The notes under the pieces: model-generated
Told to the model about the DNA's origin: nothing
What the model saw: only the letters and a program-made list of their open reading frames with translations
Database searches by the model: none
Shown here: positions 42,301-54,300 of the stretch, piece after piece
Layout of the letters: every line of letters starts with the position of its first letter
Numbering within the stretch: position 1 is the first letter of the stretch
Made by a program: the position numbers and the translations under genes
DNA from: Glaucostegus cemiculus
Taxonomy: Eukaryota
NCBI GenBank assembly: GCA_976551045.1
Contig: CDPCPM010000033.1
Span: 27,404,001-27,468,000 of the forward strand
DNA length: 64,000 bases
Reading direction: 5' to 3'

Positions 42301-45300
42301 TGTAAGAAAGGATATGACCCAGAAGAGTACAGGAATAGTAAAGTCTAAAAACATGAATGAGGATTTCAGCAGCAGATGGATGAGACAGGGGTAGAGCTGG
42401 CTGATGACAAATGACCAATCAGCCAGCTCCACCCCTGTTCCATCCATCTGCTGTTGAATTCCTCATTCATGCTTTTAGACTTTACTATTCCTGTACTATT
42501 CAAGATTAGGAGGAAAGTTTGTTAATTTTGTTGATTATTGAGGCACTATCTTAAGAACAGAAATTTAAGAACAAAGCAAAGTACTGAGGCAATTTCATTT
42601 CTGGGGTTGTTTAAAAAGGAATGCCCACCAAAGTGGTAGGTGGAAGCCATCGTACTTTTGAAAAAAAAGTGGATACATTTTGAAGGAAGGAAAGAATTGT
42701 TCTTAACTAAATGGGACTTATGCCTCACCTCCTTATGTAAACATGTTTACTTCTAAGTGGGAATATATTGAAATATTCTGTTAAACTTTCTATTTTATGT
42801 TGTTAGACAGCACAGAAATCATTACATTAAATCAGTGACTTGCCTTTGTTGTTGGCCACAAATAATTTGATGTATATATACATATTACTTACATATATAT
42901 GCATATAAAATTATATACATAATATATTTTGTAAATAGATAACATAGGTCATAGATAATTAGATAAATAATAAATAATTAGATAAAGATTTTTGAATCAA
43001 GCCTCAAAAAGCCTCTTGTGGCCAGAGCCTGTGTGTACCTTCTTTTAGCCCATATAGTGAAAACAACTTGAACTGTTGTTAGAATATATGTAGGCACTAG
43101 ATTATATTTGGCAAGTTTGCCTCCAACCCTGCTGCCCTTGCATTGTCTTCATCCTGAACGACAGATGGTTCTGAACATCTAGTGACTGGCACACAGACCA
43201 GTTAAGCAACAGTTCAATCTTGTTGTATTGAGTTTCACCCCTCCTCTTGACTTTGTGAGACCTCCCCTCCCCCCAATTAACATGCTGCGGCTCACTATTC
43301 ATCTAAAATGTAACTGCATCAGACACATAACTACAATGTCTACAAGAGCAATCCAGAAGCAAAACATCCTACAGCTGGGTATCCTCATTTCCTGACTCCA
43401 AACATGAATTAGGAGTGCATTGAAACACACTCCACTTGTCTGGATGAGTTCTAATGACAATTCCAACACTCAAGATCAACCCCATGCAGAAGGAAACAAT
43501 TCACTTGGCTGGCACTTCATCCACCATCACCTACACAATGTACTATCTACAAAGTACACTGCAATAACTCACCCATGCTGCTTGGGCAGCACTTTCCAAT
43601 TCTTCAACTTATTTATTTATTTGTTTGTTTGTTTGTTTATATTTTCAGCATGGTAACAGGCCCTTTCGGCCCAATGAGTCCACACTGCCTTTTTTAAACC
43701 CACAAATTAACCTACCCGTACGTCTTTTAGAATGTGGGAGGAAACCGGAGCACCCAGAGGAAACCCATGCAGACACGGGAGAACGTACAAACTCCTTACA
43801 GTCAGCGACGGGAATCGAACCCCGATCGCTGGCACTGTAACAACACTGCGCTAACCGCTACGCTATCATGCCGCCCTAGATATCACCTAGATGACCACGG
43901 AAAACAGATACACTGTTATGTCATCACCTCAGCAAGTTCACTTAAAGTCACACCTTAACTCAGCTTCGGAAAATACCTTCATCATCACTGGGTTTAAAAT
44001 GTGAAATTCCCTACCCCCACAACTCTGTATGAGAAGTTTCATGATAAGAACTGCAATGGTTTAGGGTGGCAGTTCATCACCACCTTCTCAAAGGCAGTTA
44101 GAGATGGCCGATTAATGCTTGCTTTACCAGCCATGGCCACATCCATTAGCATCTAGGAAAGAAATGCAATTTACAATGTTGACCAAAAACTGTGGCAAAA
44201 TGAATTAAAATTTGTGAACCTACAATTATTATTAATATAAGCATAACCAGTACTGGAAGAACAAGTGGGATACACATTTCTGCAAGTAACAGAAGACTTA
44301 CCATCAACTATCAGATTGGCTGTAGAGGCCTGTCCTTCCACTTCCACTGTGTATTCACCAATATCTTCTGGAGATGCATTCTTCACAGTGAGAGTAAGAA
44401 TTTTGCCCACTTTCTTAATTTCAGTTTTTGCAGTGGGTTCCATTGGAATCTCTTCTTCACCTTTGAACCATTTGATATTTGGTGTGTCTTTAGCAATTTC
44501 ACATTCAAAGACAGCAGTTTCTTTTTGTTTGACCCGTTGGTCCCGAACAGGTTTAACAAACCATTTCCTGACAATCTCTGGAAGATAAAAAGATACAAAC
44601 TAAAATCAGTCCTCAAATGCTTATTTCTTGTTGCTTCAGTTGTATCAAAACACCCATCTGGTTGGGTTTTCCAGCATTTCTGCTCTTGTTTCATCCATCT
44701 TTACATATTTACTAACCTTGTACATTAACTTTTCCTTCACATCTTATATTTGCAGTCTCAACAGAAAACACTCCAGCATCTTCAAAATCAGCACTTGTGA
44801 TAGTAACGGAACGTTGCAACCCAATGACACTAATTGCATATCTGGTATGTGTTTCATCAATTGGTTCACCATCTTTCTTCCAAATCACAGGCTTGTCTTT
44901 TGTCAACTCACAGGTCAGATATAGGGGCTGTCCTTTGAAGACAGTGATTTCCTCATCCAATGTTTTAAAGAAGGCCACTGGTAATTCTAAAATAGTTCAG
45001 GAAAATAGTAATTAACCAAACAAAATATGCAAAATCTTTAAAAGCCTTTTGTAATGTCTAGTATTTTAAGTCTAGTGATTCATTTTATATTGGCTGTTAA
45101 AATTAAACTAATGGAGAAAGTATGTAACTGACTAGATTAGTTTAATAACCATCCTAATTTCACAGGATTCCTAATTTGCACCTATTATAACATAATGAAC
45201 AGTCTTGTTTTTGTTTTGCTTCAGACAGGAACGCGAAGTACCTTTGACGGTTAGTTTTGCTGTAGACGTCTTTTCTTGCTTGCCGAGGCGGCCTACACAG

Positions 45301-48300
45301 GTATATTCACCCATATCTGAAAGCTGAACATCAATGATATTCAACTTTCTATCCTTGCCATCGGAGGTGAATTTGTATTTTGGACCTTCTCTTATAGTAC
45401 TCCCATCCTTCATCCAAGATGTTAATGCCGTAGATGGGGAAATCAAGCATTCGAATACAGCAGAAGAACCTACTGACTCCGCTTCTTCCAATACAACATC
45501 TTGCAACTCTTTGACAAATTTCAGCTGGACTGCTTTAAGCTGGAACCCTGCAAATGGTGGTTCCTCTGAAGGTGGCCTCCCTCCACCTGGTTTAAGTGGC
45601 TTCTTGTCTCCGTCTCCAGGTGATGGTGTCTTTCTTGCTAAAATTCAGAGTTGAACATAAATAGATTGTATTTTATTGGTTTTATTGCATGCTTCTGAAG
45701 AGGATTTTATGTGAACCAAATATTTAGATGCCATGTGTCATTTTCAGTTGATAATATTCGACGATACATATGTAGAGCAATGAAATTGACGACCCAAGAA
45801 GAAACCAAACTCTGAAAATTTGGTTTTGGTCCTTCCCTAAGATAAATTGATGCATGGAAGCCCACCATTCAAAGTCCATGCATTCCTTCATGCGATAATG
45901 ATTGCAGACGGCAAGATTTGCACCACATTCAGCCATTATAATTTCAGCTTGAATAGATTTGCAATCTTAGTCTTCAGATATAACCAAGTAATTTTGAGCA
46001 AAACAATTCTGTACAGCCCAAAACATTGCATTTTGCACAGAAACAGAGGAAGACACATGCATTAAAGTATCAAATCTAATATTGTGATCACAATCTAATT
46101 ATGTACATGGAACATAGTAGGAATTTCTTCTGCTCACTTTTAGAGCATGCCTTCCCTAGCAACATTAATTGCAGAAAATATACAGCAGCAGTGTACAAAT
46201 AGATCACTCATGCTCAAGTAAGTTAGGTTAATTGAACTCCACATGTTGCTTTATGAAGCTGCAGGCATGTAAAGGACAGCAGTACATGCAAAATTAAACA
46301 ACAGATTGTTATCCAGTATGTGCAGCCATTTTGTAACTGGAAGGCCACACAAATTGATTTGACATTACATTTTAAAATAACTGAAGTGTAGTAGAGCATT
46401 TAATTTTGTTTGCTCTGATGAGCATGGTATTTAAATAGGATGCTTTAGAAAGCAATATAATTTATTCATGTAAACAGATGTAGTACACTGAAAAAGTATT
46501 GCATACTGTATGGGTGCATTTTATGTTCCTTGGTGCTTGAGGAACAAGTATATATGTTAACAATCAAGCATGGATTCTTACTGCAATTATGTGCATGATA
46601 GCCCTTCTCACCTCTTAATAAACCTCTACCTTTGCCGGCTTCATCAGCTGGTGCCTTAGCATCTGCAGTGAGATAGTAACATAATCATCAGCACATCATT
46701 ACTATCCTGTTAATCAATAAATGTTATAAAGTTTCTGTAACAACCAGTGGGAAAAAATGATGAGGCCATAAAATGTAATTTAAATGAAAAAATATATTTA
46801 TGTATCATACATAATATACATTATACATATTATGTATGAAAGTATGTGCAACACAAAAATAATGAAAAATGGTACTTTAATTGCTTTGATATACTAAACA
46901 AAAGGTTTATTCATGCGACCAAAGGAAAATTAACATGAAAAAAGATGATTTAGGTTAGAATGAGTAAAATATATAACCATACAATTTGAATGGTTTATAG
47001 AAGTCCTTGCCTTATGAAATATAATGAAAAATGATTTTAATTCATTCATAGTTCTGTTAATAGCAACATTAAAGCAATTTAAGACAATTTTTCTTTGGAA
47101 GTCATTGGACTACATGGACCAAACACAAGCAACAAACATGAATTTTAGACTTCACACTGTTGACGACTACAATACTTCATGCACACAAATACAACTTGCA
47201 TTGCCAGGTGAGACAAATACATTTAACAAAGATGAACACATACAACATCAAGGAACATTGATCCATTTTCCAAAGCACATGATATGAACAATCAGTTTGG
47301 CAGATGTGCAGCAGTCCTCTCACCTCGTCGTTTGAAAGGCTTTGAAGGAGTTTCAACTGCACCTTCATACAGTTCGTCATCATCTTCACACTCCCAATCA
47401 ACCGATGAGCCACCTTCCTCTTCAGTTAGTTCCGATTCCCAATCTTCTTTGTCCCGTAATTCTTCTATTGATATTTCTTCTGATTCTACTTCATAGTCTT
47501 CTGAAGATGAAACTATTTCAGAAGGAACTTTCTTCATGTGCACCATTTCCTGCTCTTTTTCTGCTACACTCTCTTTGTCAGCTTTAAGGTGTGCAACGTC
47601 CTTTTGATCTTCCATAACAGGAATTTTTTCCTTCTCAGCTTTATGATGTACTGTATCAGTCAAATCTCTGGGAGTCAGTACTTTCTTTATTGGTATTTTC
47701 TGTAGCTTTTCTTCCACAGCAATACCTTTTGAAGAGACCTTCTTCAACTCTATATGACCTTTTTCTGTTTCTGACACTGGGCCTTTTCCTTTTCCAGTTT
47801 TAAGGTGTGGAACATCAGGTAAATCTCTTGGGGTCAGTACTTTCTTCACAGGTATTTTCTGTAGCTTTTCTTCTACCACTATATCTTTTGATGGGACTTT
47901 CTTCAACTCCAAATGATCCTTTTGTTCCTCCTGTTCCTGTAAAACTGTGGATTTCTTTTTGTCAATTTTTGTACCTGCAATTACTTTTTCTTCTTCAGAA
48001 ACTGCCATAAGTTTTTCAGACAGTTTGTCAATCTTTTGTGGTTCTTTTTCACCTAATGCTTTTCCTTTTAAAGGAATCTTTTTCGGGAGGACCATTTCTT
48101 GTTCTTCTTTTGGAACAGGAACTTTCCCTTTACTAATTTTTAAAGGAATTTCATCCTTTTTTTCTTTAGAGGGAACCATTTTTTTTTCAGGTAATACCTT
48201 AGGAACATCAATCTCCCCTGTAGTGAATTCAGGAATTCTTTTTGATGGAGTTGTTTCTGAAACAATCTCCCTGGGTACTGCCTCAATTGGAAAAACTTCT

Positions 48301-51300
48301 ATACCTTTGGATTTTTCTTCTTCAGAAGATGGTTCACTTCTTGGTTTGTGAATAATTTTGGGAAGGTCAATTTTTGTGAGATAAGGATGTTCTGTTTTCT
48401 CCCCAACAGGCTGAGGAAGTGTACTACTTTTTCTCAATATCACATGCTTTTCTTCTTCTTCCTGTTCTACAGGTAATTTATCAGACTTTGTCAATGGTAA
48501 GATGTTCTCCTCCGCCACACCAGGAACTTTAGCCTGCTTTATTGATTTTATTTCCCTATCACCTATCTTCATAGGAACTGCTTTTGATTTGGTTACAGAC
48601 ACAGGCTTCCCCTTACTTTTGTCAGCTTTAGGAACATCATCAACCTTTTCCAGTGTTATTTGCTTCTCTATAACTTTTTCATCAATGTGTATTTCAGTAA
48701 GTTTCTTTGACGCACTGTGTTTTTCTTTTAAAGCTTCTTTTTTAGGAATTATCTCAAACTTTTTGAATTGCACTTTATCTGCTTCTTCCTCTTGTTTGGG
48801 GATGTAATCGAGTTTCTTTAGTGCAACTGGCTCTTTATCCACTTCCTTGTGTGGTACCCTACTATCTATTTTTGGTAATATTTTGCATGTTTCATCCTTT
48901 TCAAGGGAGATTTTCTCAGTATCTACTTTAGGAATCTCATCAACCAACTGTAAAACTATATCTCTTTTTGTTTCTATCTCTTTTAACATTATACCTGGTT
49001 TCTTTGGCAATGTATAATATTCATCAGTTTCAATTTCTTTAGGGCTTTCAGTAGATTTCCTGAGTTTTAACCCTATTTCTTTGTCATCTTCTTTATGGTA
49101 TCTCGTTTCTTCATCTTTCACTTTCTCAGGAACCTTACTACGTTTCTTCAATATTGAAATTTCTCTATCTTCTATTTCTTTTGGGATTTGGACTGTAGGT
49201 TTTAGTTTCAAAGATGACTTGGATTGTTCTGCAGCTATAAAGGTTTCATATTCAATTTAGTGACAAATCAACAAAGACTTTTGCAATTCCCCTAAAAGAA
49301 CAGTCTAACATCAAAACAAAACAAGTTATAGTCTCCAAACCACATTGGTGTTCACCAAATAAAAGCACACAGTGAAACTTTTCCATAGTCAACATAATTT
49401 CAAAATAAACACATTAACAGAAAGAATCACAAGACAAGTTACATAACTTGTAACTATTTAAGTAGACTGAAGAGACAAATTGATACAACTAGAACACAAC
49501 ACTTAGGATCCAGTGGAGATCTATAAATTTAAATTTAGCACACAAATCTGAACAGAGAATGTACATTAATATATTATAGAGTTAAATATTTTAAAATTTA
49601 AGCACAATAGGATTTGAGAAATTGTACCTTTAACAGGTTTCTTGACAGGCCCTGGTGTAGTGATGGGAAGTGTAGTAATAGGCACTTCTTCAGCTTCTGG
49701 CTCTTTGGAAATAACACCAAAAGTTGTATTACCATTAAAATTGAATCTTAAAATACAATACTATATGGAGATGTGTTAACAATAATATTTAAAACATTTT
49801 TACACTTAATCCAATTGGCTCAGTTACTAGAGTTTTGACAGAATTATTTTGCACTTCCCCTCCATCATTCCATGATTAGGAAATTAAACATATTGTATGG
49901 TAGGTCAATTAAAAAAGAAAATATCCTTGATCAATTGGAGTACTTATTTATTTTCTGCCCTGGAGAAAGAATAACTTTCATTGAGGCCAGACAGCACAAA
50001 TAAAAAAAAAATTGGAAAAGTAAATCAAATCAAAGTCAATAGCTTATTAAACATCTCCAATAACTAACAACCCTAAATTTTCAAAGTAGTAATCAAATAG
50101 ATTAGGGATTGAATTTCAATTTCAAAGCTATTATATAACATTTCCATTTATTATAAAATTTAATTACTAATTAGACTGATGGTAAAATGAAAATGAGGTA
50201 CAGTTGAGTTAATGAATAAAATAAAATGAAAAGCAAGCATCGTTAACTCAGCAATGAAATGACAAAATGTGATGAAATGTAGGAAGCTGCATGGATTTTG
50301 CACCAGTGACACAAGATGATGAGTGACACTCATTTGTGTACCTTCCTCCGATTCCAAATCTTGTTTCACTGGAGCAGTGACTAGATCACCTTTAGGTTCA
50401 ATCTTCTCAGCAACTGTAGTAACTTCAAAAAATATTTTTGTTCAAATGTTTAGTTTTTGCACAAATGATCTAAATCACTGGCAATATTAACTAGAAGTAA
50501 CTGGACATGTCTAATACTCAGTTATTAACAATGTTATAAAAGTATTTTTGTTGCTTTTGGAACATTGTTAATAAAGGTCATTTGAATGGCCTTTTCTTAA
50601 TTTTCCTTTAAAGATTTAATAAGCAACATTTGAGTGTTAATTATTTATATATTTTAAATATCCATACACAGGTAAAGATAATGGTTAAAGTAATGGCAAA
50701 GATATAACATCAAAAATTGGGCACATGAAAAATCATCCAAAAGATTACATCAATGTTCAATCTGATCTTAGTTGGGCAAGAAATAAGAAGCTTTCTGTAC
50801 AGTCTTAATTCCTATACAATCTTATCTAATCTCCTACCTTGGCCTATGTAAGCCAATGTTTAAATTATACTCTGGTTGCTGGTAGTATAAACTTCTATTT
50901 AGATAGGATGGGCTTTGTGAAATATTCCAAAAATATTCCAAAAATTTGTAAACTTTTGTACTCCATAACAAATGTCAATAACATGATGCAAACCAAGACA
51001 AGAAAGAAGAGAACTAGTGTCACTAGAAAACACCTGAAATTTTTTGTTAACATTGGACATAAAAATATTATAACAAGCAGGGTCTTGTAAAGAACCTTCA
51101 TTTTCATTGATTGTGAGATGTAGCAGTTACTTTTAGACAGGATCTTCTAATAAATTAATTCTATACCTTTTTGTGTAGTAAGTTGCATCTTTATTGGAGG
51201 TGTAACTTCAACAAGTTTGTCATGTGCAATCTTCTTATCAGCATCAATAATTCTGCTGGGTAATATTTTCTTGTCAACTTCAACAACTTCTTCATGTAAA

Positions 51301-54300
51301 ATTTTCACAGTCGGCTCAACAACTTCATCATATAAAATTATCTCATCAGCTTCAAGAGCTTCATATAGAAGCTCCTCATCAGTTTCAACTATTTCTTCAG
51401 GTGAAGTTATCTTTTCCATCTGAACAGTTTCTTCAAGTAATAACAACTCATCAGGCTCTGCACTTTCTTCATGTAAAATGGATTCATCAACTTTGACAGT
51501 TTCTTCAGTTAAAATGTTCACATCAGTCTCAACAACCTCTGTGGTTAAAATAGTGTCATCAACCTGATCAGTTCCTTCGTATGGAATCCCCTCATCAGAC
51601 TCAATAATCTCTTCAGCATAAATTATTTTTTCAACTTCTGCAGTTTCTTCATGTAAATCCTTCTTGAAAGCTTCAGAGAGTTTGAAGAAAATGTTTCATA
51701 ATTTTAGTTCAAAGTTTTAATAAAAGTTAAGATGAAAAAAGTATGAAGCAAACAAACCTTACCACACAAAATGAAGCAATATTTTTACAAAAATTGTTAC
51801 AAATATCAAGACACAAAAATAGACAAAACAGTCACAAGATAAGATGAACAAGAAGACAATAAGAAAGCAAAAAACAGAGAAGATCATGATGTAAAAAGGT
51901 TACACAACATGTAAATGGAACACACTGGTTAATGCATGAAGTCCATGGCACATTGAAGTTATCAACAGTAATACATGTGGTAAGATAATGTAGACGAAGG
52001 AACTGTTACTTCAGTACCTTTTACTGTAATAACCTTGGTTTCTGCAAAGGTGATTGGAGCAACCTTTTCAGGCATGTGTTTTCTGGCAACTTCAGACACT
52101 TTAAAGACATTATTAGAACTGTTGTAAGCTACATTGAAGAACTTTCTTTTAACAGCAAAACACAACAGTAAAAAATATGCCTTCTGAAATTATATAGGAG
52201 TCACAAAGCCGAAAGAGGCATTTGGCCCAATACCGCTATTCTGATCCTTATACCATACACAAGTCTCTTCCTTCTCTAATTCATCTAATTCCATCTGCAT
52301 ATATATCAATTCCTTTCTCCCTTTACATAAATATCCATCTAAAATACAACATGATTTGTTTCAACCTCTCAATTCAGTAGCAAGTTATGTGTTATGTGAC
52401 TAAAGATTTTTCTCTTTTGAATATTTAGTGGATTCATTTGTGACTATCTCATATTTGTATCCTATAGGTTTCAATTCTCCTACTACTGTAAATATATTCT
52501 CTACGACAATCTTATCAAACCTTTAGAAATATCATAAATTTTAATTAGGATTACCCATCATTTTTCTCTTCTATAAAGTCCTTCCCAACAGTTGGAACCT
52601 CTCAGTTCTATTTTCATCCTCCTAAACATTTTTTGAAACTTTGGTACCTCCTTTTACAGTAGAATTATGCAATGTATTCCAAAGTTGCAGTCTACCAAAG
52701 TTTTTATATAAGTTTATCAACACCTATCAGAGTTTCAACTTAATTCCACTGAAATAAAAAAATTGTGTTTGTTTGCATTTTTGTGGCAATGTTCTGCATA
52801 CCTAAATAACTGAACCATGTACCACCAACAATAAGTAATTATTTCTCTCACAAGTAGCTACATATTTTGTGTGCTAACAGAGAGATTATCTTGGATAATT
52901 AACATAAACAGTTGGATTTGATCAAAAACTGAATTGACTGTAATATAGTGACTATTTCTTAGTAAAAAATGTACTTGGTAGATGTCCACACTGATTACAG
53001 TTTGATGCTGAGCTGAGTTTCAGGCACATATCTTCTCAATTATAAATCAGATTAACTCAAACCACAAAACACTGCCAGACTCCAGCCCAATGTTACACAA
53101 ACTCTTGTGTATATCTGTACCACCTTCAGACTCATCTATTCTAAGGCTGTCATTTTTGTCCTCCCATCTTACATCCTCTACCTTGGATAATTGTGCTGCA
53201 TGTTTTCTGCTCATACAAAGCCTTGTGTAACCAGCATTTCTTTCCCTGTTGATTTACATTAATTGGACATTCCAATGTTTTTAACTTAAAATCTAAGCTG
53301 TTGAATTTCTTCAAAGCTTCATCAGTTCTTTACTATAACATTGATACAAATTTTACTTATTCACACAATGAGCAACTTTCCATTACAAATAAAGCCATGG
53401 CTCATTGAATAGTCAGAGAAAATTCACCATATACAGTATATTCCTCAAAACGCCATAACCAATCTTTCTAATTCACTTCAGCTACATATTCTCCCAACTG
53501 AAGAATAACTTTTTCTTGCATGATTCCTTCAGTCGTCTACAGCCTACCCTTGGGAATTGACCCCATAAGTTCTCAAACTCCACCTCTTCAAATCACTTTT
53601 TCCAACCATCTTTGCTCATTACTTCCCTTTATGGGTCAGTGTCTATACTTAATCCAATATGAAATGTGGTTTAGGACATCTCCTATTTTAAATCTGTTTA
53701 TAAATGTATGTTACTGCTCAAACCTACACATTAAATTCATTCAATGTTTGCACATATATTTACAATGCATGAAGATATTTTTGAAACACAACACTATAAT
53801 AGCAATAGACAGGGTAAGACATAAAGTACATAACTATAACAGATAAAGTCAAACAAATAAACCAGCATAACACTGGTACTACTAAAAGAATTAGAAGAAT
53901 ATTAATCCAAAGCTATGAAGTTCCCAGGTAGATCATGAAGAGGATTTCTCTCTACAAGAGGTAAGTTGTTACCTTTACTTTAACTGTCTCTCAATCCAAG
54001 TTTTGGCAGAAATACGAGGTAAAAATTTTCCCAGGTTAATAGTTAATCTAATTCACACCAGCCTTTGTCGACAGAATAAGGTAGTTGTAACTTGATGTCC
54101 ATATAAAAATGTTGCAGATATGGTCATATCATCTTCAATCACTAAAGAATATCAGGCAGAAAGTCATTCTCCACTGATTGTGCTAAAGGGAGAATGTAGT
54201 AGAGGTTGCTCATTTAACTGCTTCTCCAAATTTGGTTCCACTGAAGTCAATGGATATGAATTTCATAATTGAAGTACAATGCACACCTGGATGAATTTCT

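Noticed and set aside
1958-51423. Many plus-strand ORFs overlapping titin exons (e.g. 2052, 6041, 12053, 18260, 25449, 47947, 51217)
   Set aside because: Antisense shadows of titin codon usage; no recognisable domains
53972-54060. Donor-like AAAG|GTAAC suggesting a hidden PEVK exon
   Set aside because: Stop codon in the required phase and no PEVK-like content or acceptor
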